Shown: in pieces, positions 6,436 to 15,000 of the stretch
Numbering within the stretch: position 1 is the first letter of the stretch
Layout of the letters: every line of letters starts with the position of its first letter
Assembly: GCA_017469465.1 (NCBI GenBank)
Contig: JAFUGH010000014.1
Location: 67,773 to 107,772 of the forward strand
Direction of reading: 5' to 3'
From: Clostridia bacterium
GTDB taxonomy: Bacteria; Bacillota; Clostridia; TANB77; UBA1234
Length of the DNA stretch: 40,000 bases
Notes under the pieces: generated by a model
Seen by the model: only the letters and a program-made list of their open reading frames with translations
What the model was told of the DNA's origin: nothing
Databases searched by the model: none
Program-made: the position numbers and the translations under genes

Positions 6436-6602
6436 TTGACAGTCTATTTACAGTTGAACCCACGGAAAATACGGAAAATATGGAAAATAGAGAAAATACG
6501 GAAAGCATAATCAAGTGTCAACCAAAGCTTAGAAACTCACCAACTTCGCCAATAGTAACTATTACATCAAAATTCAAAAGGACTACCCCGAAGGTATTAG
6601 TA
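6436..6602. repeat. ~155-bp intergenic repeat element, copy B (longer because of extra 9-mers)
   Basis: CCTTGACAGTCTATTTACAGTTGAACCCACGGAAAAT... to ...CCCCGAAGGTATTAGTA. Confidence 0.8.
6462..6505. repeat. 9-bp tandem array, about 5 units (copy B)
   Basis: ACGGAAAAT ACGGAAAAT ATGGAAAAT AGAGAAAAT ACGGAAAG. Confidence 0.9.
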
Positions 6603-6616
6603 TATCTATTATTATC

Positions 6617-6680
6617 TAGACTCGGGGACATTCATCATTTGTCTAAATAGGTGGAGCTTTATTGGACATCCCCAAGTCTA
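6617..6680. repeat. 12-bp inverted repeat TAGACTCGGGGA ... TCCCCAAGTCTA (40-nt spacer), present only in copy B
   Basis: Arms at 6617-6628 and 6669-6680 with 1 mismatch. The GGGGACAT / GGACATCCCC cores resemble the REP core GGGACA. Confidence 0.5.
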
Positions 6681-6781
6681 AATTTAACAGAAAGTGATAC
6701 AATTTAAATATGATCTCATTACTACATAGGTCATCTAAGATTAAATTATTTTTTGTACAAGTCGTTAGAAATAAAATGTTG

Positions 6782-6810
6782 TTGTAAACATACTTATTTT
6801 TTGATATGAT
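6782..6810 (+). promoter_or_regulatory. putative promoter of SLH protein 1 (TTGTAA-17-TATGAT with TG extension)
   Basis: Read directly. A homologous promoter lies at 19075-19103. Confidence 0.5.
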
Positions 6811-6835
6811 ATTTTTGAAATGAAAGTGCTAATTT

Positions 6836-6884
6836 TAAGAGGGTTAGATAGAATATGAAAAGAAGAAAATGAACCTTCCTCTTA
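6836..6884 (+). promoter_or_regulatory. conserved 5'-UTR hairpin with embedded mini-ORF (MKRRK*)
   Basis: TAAGAGGG ... TCCTCTTA stem around a conserved loop ..TTAGATAGAATATGAAAAGAAGAAAATGA... A homologous hairpin lies at 19126-19173. Confidence 0.5.
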
Positions 6885-6912
6885 AAGAAAATTTTAAAAG
6901 GGAGGATTTTTT

Positions 6913-8964
6913 ATGCATAGTAAATTAAAGTTTTTAGGTATGCTAATAATTGTTATCTCGATGGTGTGTTTTGTTCCAACAGTATTTGGTGCAAAAGAAA
7001 TATTTATAAATAAAACAATAGATAAAATTGTTATTAATTTTGACTATGAAGCATATCCAGCCAATACAACAAGAACTTATGGAGAATTAGCTAATGATTT
7101 ACGATATACTTATCCAAGGGATGCTTCATATTCAACTGATACCTATTGTTTTGTTGATTCAAATCATATAGGACTTAGTTATAAGAAAAATGGAGAAATA
7201 ATAGCTGTTCCTTATCCAGAATATGATAGTAAAATTAATGCAAATGATGAACTATATGTGTCTTACTGGATATATCCAGCAACAAGTAAAGGCTATGAAT
7301 TTGGTAGCTCTGAAGCAAAAGTAATATTTAACGATAAAGAACTACCAAAAACAGAATATGTATATAAAGATCGTTCTTCATTTATTTTACTTTATATCCA
7401 TATACCTATTATTGAAGGAACAAAAGTGGATAGAGTTTTATTCGAAGAGTTTGAACCTATATACGATGGTCAACAATACATTTCAAATGTGGAGATTGAT
7501 AATTCATTCGATGTTCCATGTACTATAACGAAACAAGGCTTTCTAATGTTTAATAAAGAATTAACTGGAACAGCTAAAAAAGGTGAAACAGTTGGGCAAT
7601 ATGTTATCGTAAAACTTGACGAAGGATATTATTGGGCTGATGATTCGATTGGTAGAATAGTTGGAACACGAAATACTTTCTCACAAGGCGAAAAAATAAG
7701 TGATAATGAATATAAATTCATATATGTCTATACAATTGAAAGCAAAAAAGATTTATTAGTAATTCATGATTTGCCAGATATCATAGAATACAAAGAAGGA
7801 GAAGAGGTTAAACTATCAATTTATGCTACTTCTGGTGCTACTAAAGTTCAATGGAATGAAGTAATTGATTTAGGAGGGAAAAAAGGAACCAAAGAAATTC
7901 CAATTGAAGGAGCAACAACTAATACTTTAGATTTAGGTAAGATTGATAATACTTACGATGGTAAACATTATAATATTGTTGCTTCGGATGATACAGGAGC
8001 AATTAGAAAATCTAAAACTTTTACTTTAAAATGTACTGGGGTTGTGGAAACAACGCAAATAGAACAACCTGCAAAAACTGAAACACCAACACACCAACCT
8101 ATACAAACAGAACAACAAAAGACTGAAGTTAAGTATAAAGTTGAATTTAATTCAAATGGCGGAAACATTGTTGCGACTCAAGAAGTAGCAGAAAAAGGAA
8201 AAGTAACAAAACCAGCTACTCCAACAAAAGATGGATATACATTTGATGGTTGGTATACGGATGAAAAATTAACAAAAGTATTTGATTTTAATACAGCAAT
8301 AAATAGTGATATTACTTTATATGCAAAATGGAATGTAACTAAAAAAGAAGAACAACCAACTATTTCAATAGAGCCAACAACAAATCCATCGCAACCAAAT
8401 GAAGGAAAAAAGGAAACTTGGAGCAATGCTTCAGAGTGGGCGAAAGAAGAATTATACAAAGTAAATGAAGAAAATCTAATGCCTTGGATATTTGACAAAG
8501 AGGATTTAACAGTAAATATTACAAGACGTGAATTTGCTTATGTAGCAGTAAAATTATATGAGAAGATAACGAATGAGAAGTTAGTAGAATCGAAAGAAAA
8601 TCCATTCATAGATACAAGTGATATTGAAGTTTTAAAAGCATATAATATTGGTATCACAAATGGTACATCTGCAACAACATTTTCACCAGATACTTTAATC
8701 ACTCGTGAGCAAATGGCAACAATGATGACAAGAGCGGTTTCAAAAGCAGAAATTGATACGAAAGTAGATTTAAGTAAGGTAAGTAAGTTCGCAGATGATA
8801 GCGAGATGCACGATTGGGGCAAAGAGTCAATCTACTTTATGTCTAACATAGAGATAATTAAAGGAATTGGAAATAACACGTTTAATGTATTGGGCAATGC
8901 GACAAGAGAACAAGCATTACTGATATCAGTAAGGAGTGCAGCAAAGTTTAGCAGTGCGAAATGA
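6913..8964 (+). CDS. secreted surface protein: signal peptide, Ig-like region, Listeria-Bacteroides (Flg_new) repeat, C-terminal SLH domains
   Basis: N-terminal signal LGMLIIVISMVCFVPTVFGA. YKVEFNSNGG...GYTFDGWYTD...ITLYAKW is a Flg_new repeat. SLH-like blocks are WA.E.., FSPDTLITREQMATMMTR and FADDSEMHDWGKESIYFM...GNATREQALL. Confidence 0.9.
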   Translation: MHSKLKFLGMLIIVISMVCFVPTVFGAKEIFINKTIDKIVINFDYEAYPANTTRTYGELANDLRYTYPRDASYSTDTYCFVDSNHIGLSYKKNGEIIAVPYPEYDSKINANDELYVSYWIYPATSKGYEFGSSEAKVIFNDKELPKTEYVYKDRSSFILLYIHIPIIEGTKVDRVLFEEFEPIYDGQQYISNVEIDNSFDVPCTITKQGFLMFNKELTGTAKKGETVGQYVIVKLDEGYYWADDSIGRIVGTRNTFSQGEKISDNEYKFIYVYTIESKKDLLVIHDLPDIIEYKEGEEVKLSIYATSGATKVQWNEVIDLGGKKGTKEIPIEGATTNTLDLGKIDNTYDGKHYNIVASDDTGAIRKSKTFTLKCTGVVETTQIEQPAKTETPTHQPIQTEQQKTEVKYKVEFNSNGGNIVATQEVAEKGKVTKPATPTKDGYTFDGWYTDEKLTKVFDFNTAINSDITLYAKWNVTKKEEQPTISIEPTTNPSQPNEGKKETWSNASEWAKEELYKVNEENLMPWIFDKEDLTVNITRREFAYVAVKLYEKITNEKLVESKENPFIDTSDIEVLKAYNIGITNGTSATTFSPDTLITREQMATMMTRAVSKAEIDTKVDLSKVSKFADDSEMHDWGKESIYFMSNIEIIKGIGNNTFNVLGNATREQALLISVRSAAKFSSAK

Positions 8965-8990
8965 CCCAAGTGGGACAACCTTTTTTGGTT
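8963..8990 (+). repeat. REP copy R1
   Basis: GACCCAAGTGGGACAACCTTTTTTGGTT. The TGA stop of the SLH gene (8962-8964) overlaps its left end. Confidence 0.85.
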
Positions 8991-9017
8991 AGCAACTCTT
9001 GTTTAATGGTGTCTATT

Positions 9018-9043
9018 GTCAATTAGGGACATTCCTTTTTGAC
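9018..9043 (+). repeat. REP copy R2 (GTCAA variant)
   Basis: GTCAATTAGGGACATTCCTTTTTGAC. Confidence 0.8.
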
Positions 9044-9127
9044 AAAAATAAGGATGTGATTTTTTTGAAAAATTTTTTAAATAATATTAGATGTGTAGAA
9101 AATGACATTAAATTAAAAAATAAAATA

Positions 9128-9715
9128 ATGAATAGCATACTAATTTTTCTATTTGGAATAGTTCTAGGAATGTTTTCTAAATGGTTAGATAATTTAGTAC
9201 TTGATAGTAACATTTGGTGGATGAAAATTATTGAAAAATTTGATTTGAATTATTTCTTTTCTGAAATGGCCATTTGGCTTTTTATAGCTATTGCTATTTC
9301 AGTTTTTAGTAAGTCTCCGTTAAGAGCTAGTGTTAATGTTTTTCTATTTTTTATTGGTATGTGTATTAGTTATCATTTATATACAATTATATTTAGTGGA
9401 TTTAATCCTCAAAATTACATGATGATATGGTATGGATTGACTATTATATCACCACTTCTTGCATATATATGTTGGTATAGCAAAAGTGAAAAAAAATTAT
9501 CAATTATTATAAATGCTTTGATAATGTTTATAATGTTTGCGAGTTGTTTTAGTTTTGGAATGTTTTATTTTGATTTTAAAGGAGCTTTATACACAATCGT
9601 ATTTATAGGTACTTGCATAGTTTTGTATAAGAAACCTATAAATTTAGAAATTAGTTTAGTAGTAATAGGTTTAGTACTAGCATTTATGATAAAAATACCT
9701 TTTATAAGTGGCTGA
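9128..9715 (+). CDS. polytopic membrane protein, unknown function
   Basis: Track ORF 8999..9715. Start moved to ATG 9128 because the upstream part overlaps the REP copies. About 6 hydrophobic segments. The SD is weak, so the start is uncertain. Confidence 0.6.
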   Translation: MNSILIFLFGIVLGMFSKWLDNLVLDSNIWWMKIIEKFDLNYFFSEMAIWLFIAIAISVFSKSPLRASVNVFLFFIGMCISYHLYTIIFSGFNPQNYMMIWYGLTIISPLLAYICWYSKSEKKLSIIINALIMFIMFASCFSFGMFYFDFKGALYTIVFIGTCIVLYKKPINLEISLVVIGLVLAFMIKIPFISG

Positions 9716-9789
9716 TGATGCGAGGTATGATGTAATAGAGCTGTTCCTATTTGTCATGTGGTGATGAATAGCTGATTGGAGGAATTAAA

Positions 9790-10296
9790 ATGATTTTTAG
9801 GTTGGCATGTGTGAATGATTTGAGTAGTATAAAAACAATGTATGAGGAAATTATAGAGAATATGAATCAAAATAATATTTGTATTTGGAATGAGTATTAT
9901 CCGTTTGAATGTTTTGAAGGAGATATTAATAGTCAAAGGCTTTACGTACTGGAAGAAAATGATAGTATTGTAGCTGCATGTGCTTTGTGCGATTCTAATG
10001 AAGCAGAAAAAAATATGAAGTGGAAAAATGAAGAAGCCAGAGCTTTATATATTGATAGATTGGGAGTAAATGTAAATTATCAAGGAAAAGGATATGGTTC
10101 TTTGGTAATTAAAAATGTGATTGAGATAGCAAGAAAGAATCAATTTGAATATTTAAGACTATTTGTAGTAGATATCAATAATCCAGCGATTTGCTTATAT
10201 GAAAAGAATAGATTTGAAAAACTTAATGGAGTTTATGAAGAAAAGATAAATGAAAAAGTAACATTAAAAGAATATGCCTATGAAATGAAAATTTGA
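9790..10296 (+). CDS. GNAT family N-acetyltransferase
   Basis: LGVNVNYQGKGYGSLVIKNVIEIARK is the Q/RxxGxG/A motif. SD GGAGG. Confidence 0.85.
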   Translation: MIFRLACVNDLSSIKTMYEEIIENMNQNNICIWNEYYPFECFEGDINSQRLYVLEENDSIVAACALCDSNEAEKNMKWKNEEARALYIDRLGVNVNYQGKGYGSLVIKNVIEIARKNQFEYLRLFVVDINNPAICLYEKNRFEKLNGVYEEKINEKVTLKEYAYEMKI

Positions 10297-10321
10297 ACAA
10301 CTGGGACAACCTTTTTTGTTC
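10295..10321 (+). repeat. REP copy R3
   Basis: GAACAACTGGGACAACCTTTTTTGTTC. The stop TGA 10294-10296 overlaps it. Confidence 0.85.
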
Positions 10322-10350
10322 ACATCCACATATGGTCAGCATTAAAAAAT

Positions 10351-10377
10351 GATCCAAAAAGACTGTCCCAATTGTTC
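10351..10377 (-). repeat. REP copy R4 (inverted partner of R3)
   Basis: Reverse complement reads GAACAATTGGGACAGTCTTTTTGGATC. Confidence 0.8.
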
Positions 10378-10406
10378 ATAAAATTTATAAAAAAAGGACT
10401 TAAAAT

Positions 10407-11465
10407 ATGTCAGTTACATTTAGTGATTTTTTAAATAATTTAATAAGTACACCAGTTTTATTTATTATTTCTATTTTAATATCAGCAGTCATGTTTATTA
10501 ATGGATGTTCGGATGTGCCAAATGCTATTGCTACTTGTGTTTCTACAAGAAGTTTAAGTCCTAAAAAGGCATTAGTATTAGCAGCAATTTTTAATTCTTT
10601 AGGAGTTTTTGTTGTTACGTTGATAACATCGAAGGTAGCAGAAACGGTATTTCATATTGTCAATTTTGAAAGCGATGGCATGAGTAGTATCATTGCTCTA
10701 TGTAGTGCTTTAATCGGAATTGTATTATGGTGTACAATATCTTGGCTTTTTGGAATTCCTTCAAGTCAGTCGCACGCCTTAATTGCAGGTATCTCTGGAG
10801 CTGCAATAGCTTTGCAAGGCAATCTATCGGGAATTAATTTCGAAGAATGGAAGAAGGTTCTATACGGTTTATTTATCATAAATATTCTTGCATTTTTTAT
10901 GGGATTTTTAATAACAAAATTAATTGAAAAAATTTGTAAAAACATGGATAGAAGAAAAACGAATCGATTTTTCAAAAGGATGCAGATTTATGGTGCTGTT
11001 TCAATGTGCTTTATGAATGGTGCTCAAGATGGACAAAAATTTATGGCAATTTTATTATTAGGCGTTGTACTTGCAAATGGAAATACACAATTATTAGGTA
11101 GTTTTTCTATCCCGATTTGGCTTATGATTTATTGTTCATTACTAATAGCAATGGGTGCTATTATTGGTGGAATAAGAATTATAAAAACGATTGGAACGAA
11201 AGTAAGTAAGGTGGAAAGATATCAGGGAACTGCAGCAGATATTTCAAGTACATTGTGCTTAATAGGATCTTCTATTCTTGGTATTCCAGTTAGTTCAACA
11301 CATACAAAAAACTGTGCTGTTATGGGAGTAGGAGCTTCAAAGAGATTATCAAATGTTAATTGGAAAGTGGCTAAAAATATTGTACTAACGTGGCTACTTA
11401 CATTTCCTGGATGTGGTTTATTAGGGTATATTTTAACGAAAATTTCTATCTCTATATTTTTGTAA
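10407..11465 (+). CDS. pit: inorganic phosphate transporter, PiT (PHO4) family
   Basis: GCSDVPNAIATCVSTR, GIPSSQSHALIAGISGA and GIPVSSTHTKNCAVMGVG are the duplicated PiT signature. Confidence 0.9.
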   Translation: MSVTFSDFLNNLISTPVLFIISILISAVMFINGCSDVPNAIATCVSTRSLSPKKALVLAAIFNSLGVFVVTLITSKVAETVFHIVNFESDGMSSIIALCSALIGIVLWCTISWLFGIPSSQSHALIAGISGAAIALQGNLSGINFEEWKKVLYGLFIINILAFFMGFLITKLIEKICKNMDRRKTNRFFKRMQIYGAVSMCFMNGAQDGQKFMAILLLGVVLANGNTQLLGSFSIPIWLMIYCSLLIAMGAIIGGIRIIKTIGTKVSKVERYQGTAADISSTLCLIGSSILGIPVSSTHTKNCAVMGVGASKRLSNVNWKVAKNIVLTWLLTFPGCGLLGYILTKISISIFL

Positions 11466-11482
11466 AGGTAAAGGTGATTTCA

Positions 11483-12106
11483 GTGAAGAAAAAAGAAAAT
11501 TATAATTATTTTACGGAGTTAATAACAATTACAGAGCATATAGTAAAATCTGCAGAAACTTTAAAAAATGTTATAGAAAACTTTAATCTAGAAAAATTAA
11601 ATATGGAAATTCACGAAGTTCATGGCTTAGAAAATGAAGCGGATAAGATAGTGCACACAATGAGAAACAATCTTGTCAAAGATTTTCTCCCGCCCATTGA
11701 TAGAGAAGATATTGCTCTTATTAGTCATAAATTAGATAATATAGAAGATGGAATAGATGAGGTATTAATTAATATAAAAATACTAGATATTACAGAAATA
11801 AGGGAAGAAGTAATAGAACTTGTAAATATATTACTTTCCTCTTGCAAGGTTGTGCAAGAAATATTTGTTGCATTTAATAATTTAAAAAATTTAGAGCTTG
11901 TGAGTCAAAAAGTAATTGACGTTAATCAATTGGAAGAGAAGGGAGATAGAGCATATGAAAAACTCATGACATCTTTATATAAAACTGAAAAGAACTCGAT
12001 CAATTTAATAAAATGGTCGAGCATATATAATTGTCTTGAAGAAACGATTGATAGTTGTGAAGAAATTGCTGATTCTATGCAAGATGTTGTGATGAAAAAT
12101 TCATGA
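11483..12106 (+). CDS. DUF47 / PhoU-like phosphate transport accessory protein
   Basis: GLENEADKIVHTMRNNL..FLPPIDREDI is typical of DUF47 proteins that follow PiT genes. Start set to GTG 11483 behind AAGGTGA. The track start at 11390 would overlap pit. Confidence 0.8.
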   Translation: MKKKENYNYFTELITITEHIVKSAETLKNVIENFNLEKLNMEIHEVHGLENEADKIVHTMRNNLVKDFLPPIDREDIALISHKLDNIEDGIDEVLINIKILDITEIREEVIELVNILLSSCKVVQEIFVAFNNLKNLELVSQKVIDVNQLEEKGDRAYEKLMTSLYKTEKNSINLIKWSSIYNCLEETIDSCEEIADSMQDVVMKNS

Positions 12107-12131
12107 CCAAGTGGGACAGCCTTTTTTGTTC
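12105..12131 (+). repeat. REP copy R5
   Basis: GACCAAGTGGGACAGCCTTTTTTGTTC. The stop TGA 12104-12106 overlaps it. Confidence 0.85.
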
Positions 12132-12165
12132 ACAAGGATAATTTTTTTGAAAGAGGGGATTATAA

Positions 12166-12909
12166 ATGAACAAGTATATTAATTTAACAGAGGAGAATAT
12201 GGAGGAAGAACATATTTGTTGTGCAATAGGAGATCCAAAACATCAAGAAGGTGTTGAGAAAAAGAAGGAATGGATGAAAAAGAAGCTAAAGGATGGCCAT
12301 GTTTTTAGAAGACTGGATGCGAGAGGAAAAATCTTTATTGAATATGAACCATTAGATACAGCTTGGGTACCAATTAGTGGTAAGAATTATGAGTACATAT
12401 ATTGTTTATGGGTTGCTGGTAGTTTTAAAGAAAAAGGGATTGGAAGAGAACTATTAGAATATGCGATTGATGATGCAAAGAAACAAAAAAGAAATGGTAT
12501 TTGTACTATTGTATCCAAAAAGAAAAAGCCTTTTATTGGGGATAAGAAATTTTTTGAACATTTTGGATTTGAAGTTGTAGATGCTATCTATGATTATGAG
12601 CTAATGGCTTTATCGTTCAAAAAAGGAGAAACACCTAAGTTTAATGAAATGGCAAGAAGTATGAAGATTAAGGATAAAGATTTTACCATTTATTATAGTA
12701 ATGAATGTCCATATGTAGAATACGAAGTGAAAGAATTATCCGATTATGCAAAGACTAATAAGATAAAAATTAATTTTGTTAAAATTGACTCTTTAAAGAA
12801 AGCAAAAGATGCTCCTTGTGTATTTAATAATTGGGCAAATTTTTATAAAGGAGAATTTATATCGAATACAATACTAAATGCAAATGCATTAGAAAAGTTA
12901 TTAAAGTAA
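12166..12909 (+). CDS. GNAT acetyltransferase with C-terminal YoaP-like domain
   Basis: WVAGSFKEKGIGRELLEYAIDDAKK is the GNAT motif. The C-terminus ECPYV....KIDS...A...PCVFNNWANFYKGEFIS resembles the YoaP-like domain. Confidence 0.75.
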   Translation: MNKYINLTEENMEEEHICCAIGDPKHQEGVEKKKEWMKKKLKDGHVFRRLDARGKIFIEYEPLDTAWVPISGKNYEYIYCLWVAGSFKEKGIGRELLEYAIDDAKKQKRNGICTIVSKKKKPFIGDKKFFEHFGFEVVDAIYDYELMALSFKKGETPKFNEMARSMKIKDKDFTIYYSNECPYVEYEVKELSDYAKTNKIKINFVKIDSLKKAKDAPCVFNNWANFYKGEFISNTILNANALEKLLK

Positions 12910-12922
12910 CAAAGATAGACAG

Positions 12923-12968
12923 TCTGGATTGCAAAGTTTGGAAAAATCTACTGCAATCCAGATTTTTC
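12923..12968 (+). terminator. intrinsic terminator
   Basis: TCTGGATTGCA / TGCAATCCAGA stem plus TTTTT. Confidence 0.8.
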
Positions 12969-13000
12969 ATGTTTGACAAAAAGTTTTAAAGGAGATAGGT

Positions 13001-13063
13001 ATGGATAATTTAAAAAAATTAAAGAATGGCGAAATGGTGGTCCTATTTAACAAATGTGATTGA
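13001..13063 (+). other. 20-aa ORF MDNLKKLKNGEMVVLFNKCD behind a strong SD; resembles the 5' end of the HIT gene at 23511
   Basis: AAAGGAGA SD lies 5 nt upstream. The first 15 nt ATGGATAATTTAAAA are identical to 23511-23525, and the peptide start MDNLK.LKN is shared. A possible TTGACA lies at 12972. Confidence 0.25.
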
Positions 13064-13112
13064 ATGAAACCAATTTTTTTGATATAATCACGTTAGAAAA
13101 AGAGGAGGTTAT

Positions 13113-14006
13113 ATGATGGAAAGAATAAAAAAATTATTTGGTGGAATTGACTTAAGCTGGAAAAAGTTAATTATATTTGCAATAATTACAGCAGTATATA
13201 CAGCAATTATGGCTATCATCCCAATCACTGCAGATACATCTTTTAGAGATATAGCTGCCACACTTGAATGGTGGATATTATTTGGTGTAATTATTATTTG
13301 CAATAGTAAGTCTAATTTAGATTCTGCTTTAAAATGTTTTGTATTCTTTTTAATTAGTCAACCTTTAATATATTTGTTACAGGTTCCATTTAGTTGGCAA
13401 GGTTGGAATTTGTTTTCATATTATAAATATTGGTTCATATGGACACTACTTACAATTCCAATGGGATATATTGGATATTACATAAAAAAAGACAATATAT
13501 TCAGTGTAATCATTTTACTCCCAATGCTAATATTACTAGCTATTATGGGTATAGGATTTTTCAGCAGTGCATTGGCAAGCTTTCCACATCATCTATTATC
13601 TGGTATATTCTGCTTTATTGCAATAACACTTATTATACTAGGAGTATTAAGTAAAAAGAAAAATATAATACTATCATTTGCTGTTATTATTACATTTACA
13701 ATTGTCTATGTGTTAATTAGCAATGGAATATTATTTGATACATATAAAAAATACGAAACATATGAAGATTTAAAAGAATATGGCATTACATTAAGTGATG
13801 AATATTACGTTTCTGGATTTTTTAGTACAGAACAAGGAACTGCTGAACTAATTGAAAAAGATGGAGAGCATGTGTTGAAATTAACTGGAATAAAAAATGC
13901 AATTTATAAATTTGGTATTTCTAGTGAAGATGATACGCAATTAAGATTTGAATATCACTTTGATAATGATGGAAAATTAGTTTTAGAAAAAGTTGATGTC
14001 AATTAG
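13113..14006 (+). CDS. membrane protein with C-terminal soluble domain, unknown function
   Basis: SD GAGGAGG. About 6 TM segments followed by a ~90-aa hydrophilic tail. The last codons and the TAG stop lie inside REP R6. Confidence 0.75.
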   Translation: MMERIKKLFGGIDLSWKKLIIFAIITAVYTAIMAIIPITADTSFRDIAATLEWWILFGVIIICNSKSNLDSALKCFVFFLISQPLIYLLQVPFSWQGWNLFSYYKYWFIWTLLTIPMGYIGYYIKKDNIFSVIILLPMLILLAIMGIGFFSSALASFPHHLLSGIFCFIAITLIILGVLSKKKNIILSFAVIITFTIVYVLISNGILFDTYKKYETYEDLKEYGITLSDEYYVSGFFSTEQGTAELIEKDGEHVLKLTGIKNAIYKFGISSEDDTQLRFEYHFDNDGKLVLEKVDVN

Positions 14007-14023
14007 GGACATACCTTTTTGAC
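13998..14023 (+). repeat. REP copy R6 (GTCAA variant)
   Basis: GTCAATTAGGGACATACCTTTTTGAC. It contains the upstream gene's TAG stop (14004-14006). Confidence 0.8.
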
Positions 14024-14067
14024 GATACATGTAACATCAAAAATGGTTACTCATGTTTAATATTTTT

Positions 14068-14094
14068 GACCAAGTGGGACAACCTTTTTTGGTC
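14068..14094 (+). repeat. REP copy R7 (consensus)
   Basis: GACCAAGTGGGACAACCTTTTTTGGTC. Confidence 0.9.
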
Positions 14095-14122
14095 AGCAAC
14101 ACTTGGGCAATGTCGAAAAATT

Positions 14123-14149
14123 GAACAAGAAAGGTTGTCTCGTTTGTTC
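14123..14149 (-). repeat. REP copy R8 (inverted partner of R7)
   Basis: Reverse complement reads GAACAAACGAGACAACCTTTCTTGTTC. Confidence 0.8.
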
Positions 14150-14161
14150 AGTTCCATTTGT

Positions 14162-14515
14162 TCATTTTATAACTGCATCATTAGCTGTAAATTCTTCAAG
14201 AGAATTTTCTTTTACTTGGATACAAACATAGGAAATAGAGTTATCTTGTGCTGCAAAAAATTGACGTTCAGCAGTTGGCGAAATTCTAATCCAATCTCCA
14301 GCAGTTAAATTAATTTCTTCATTGTCAATAACTGCTTTACCAGTTCCACATGTGATATAATAAATTTCTTCATTTTTCTTGTGAGAATGCACGAAAGGTA
14401 CTTTTTCTCCAGCAGATATGGTATTAACACTTATTTCTGCACCTGTTAAACCTAACTTATCGTGTAATTCTACTCTTGGTGCATTTTCTAAACTTACTTT
14501 CTTATAATTTGACAT
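14162..14515 (-). CDS. cupin domain protein
   Basis: PFVHSHKKNEEIYYITCGTGKAVID....LTAGDWIRISP fits the cupin_2 two-motif pattern. SD AAGGAGG. Confidence 0.85.
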   Translation of the reverse strand: MSNYKKVSLENAPRVELHDKLGLTGAEISVNTISAGEKVPFVHSHKKNEEIYYITCGTGKAVIDNEEINLTAGDWIRISPTAERQFFAAQDNSISYVCIQVKENSLEEFTANDAVIK

Positions 14516-14653
14516 TTTAATTTTCCTCCTTAAATTAACTTATAATAAATATATATCATACTAAATATTCAAAAACAATTACGCACTTTAAAGTAACTAT
14601 ATACATATTTTAAAATACGTATTATAATATGAATTAATGTGAGGTGTATGGAT

Positions 14654-14977
14654 ATGAGAAATAAAGCAGAATTACCAGAATGCCCTGTTGCAACAACAGT
14701 ATCATTGATAGGTAATAAGTGGAAATTATTAATAATAAGAAATTTAATGACAAGAACATGGAGATTTAATGAATTGTTGAAATCGTTGGAAGGAATTTCA
14801 CAAAAAGTATTAACTGATAATTTACGACAATTAGAAAATGATTCTATTATTTACAGGAAGGATTATCATACGAACCCACCAAAAGTCGAATATGGAATGA
14901 CTGATTTGGGATTAGAATTAAGCAATACATTAGAGGTATTGGCATCATTTGGTGAATTTTATAAATCACAAATATGA
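14654..14977 (+). CDS. HxlR-family winged-helix transcriptional regulator
   Basis: CPVATTVSLIGNKWKLLIIRNL ... F.EL...L.GISQKVLTDNLRQLE. It is divergent from the cupin gene, which is the classic arrangement. Start at 14648 or 14654. Confidence 0.85.
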   Translation: MRNKAELPECPVATTVSLIGNKWKLLIIRNLMTRTWRFNELLKSLEGISQKVLTDNLRQLENDSIIYRKDYHTNPPKVEYGMTDLGLELSNTLEVLASFGEFYKSQI

Positions 14978-15000
14978 TCAAAGAGTAAAGGAGATGCGAA

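Noticed and set aside
6354-6650. 98-aa ORF in the track (MDHIIINIQF...TENTENMENRENTES...)
   Set aside because: It runs through the fic terminator and repeat copy B, and its odd repetitive peptide is just the translated 9-mer array. It has no SD, and the frame is not conserved in copies A or C.
11390-11482. Upstream extension of the DUF47 ORF (track start 11390)
   Set aside because: It would overlap the 3' end of pit by 76 nt in another frame, and it encodes an unrelated hydrophobic peptide. GTG 11483 behind AAGGTGA gives the normal DUF47 N-terminus.
14066-14308. 80-aa + strand ORF
   Set aside because: It starts inside REP R7, runs through R8, and is then antisense to the well-supported cupin gene.
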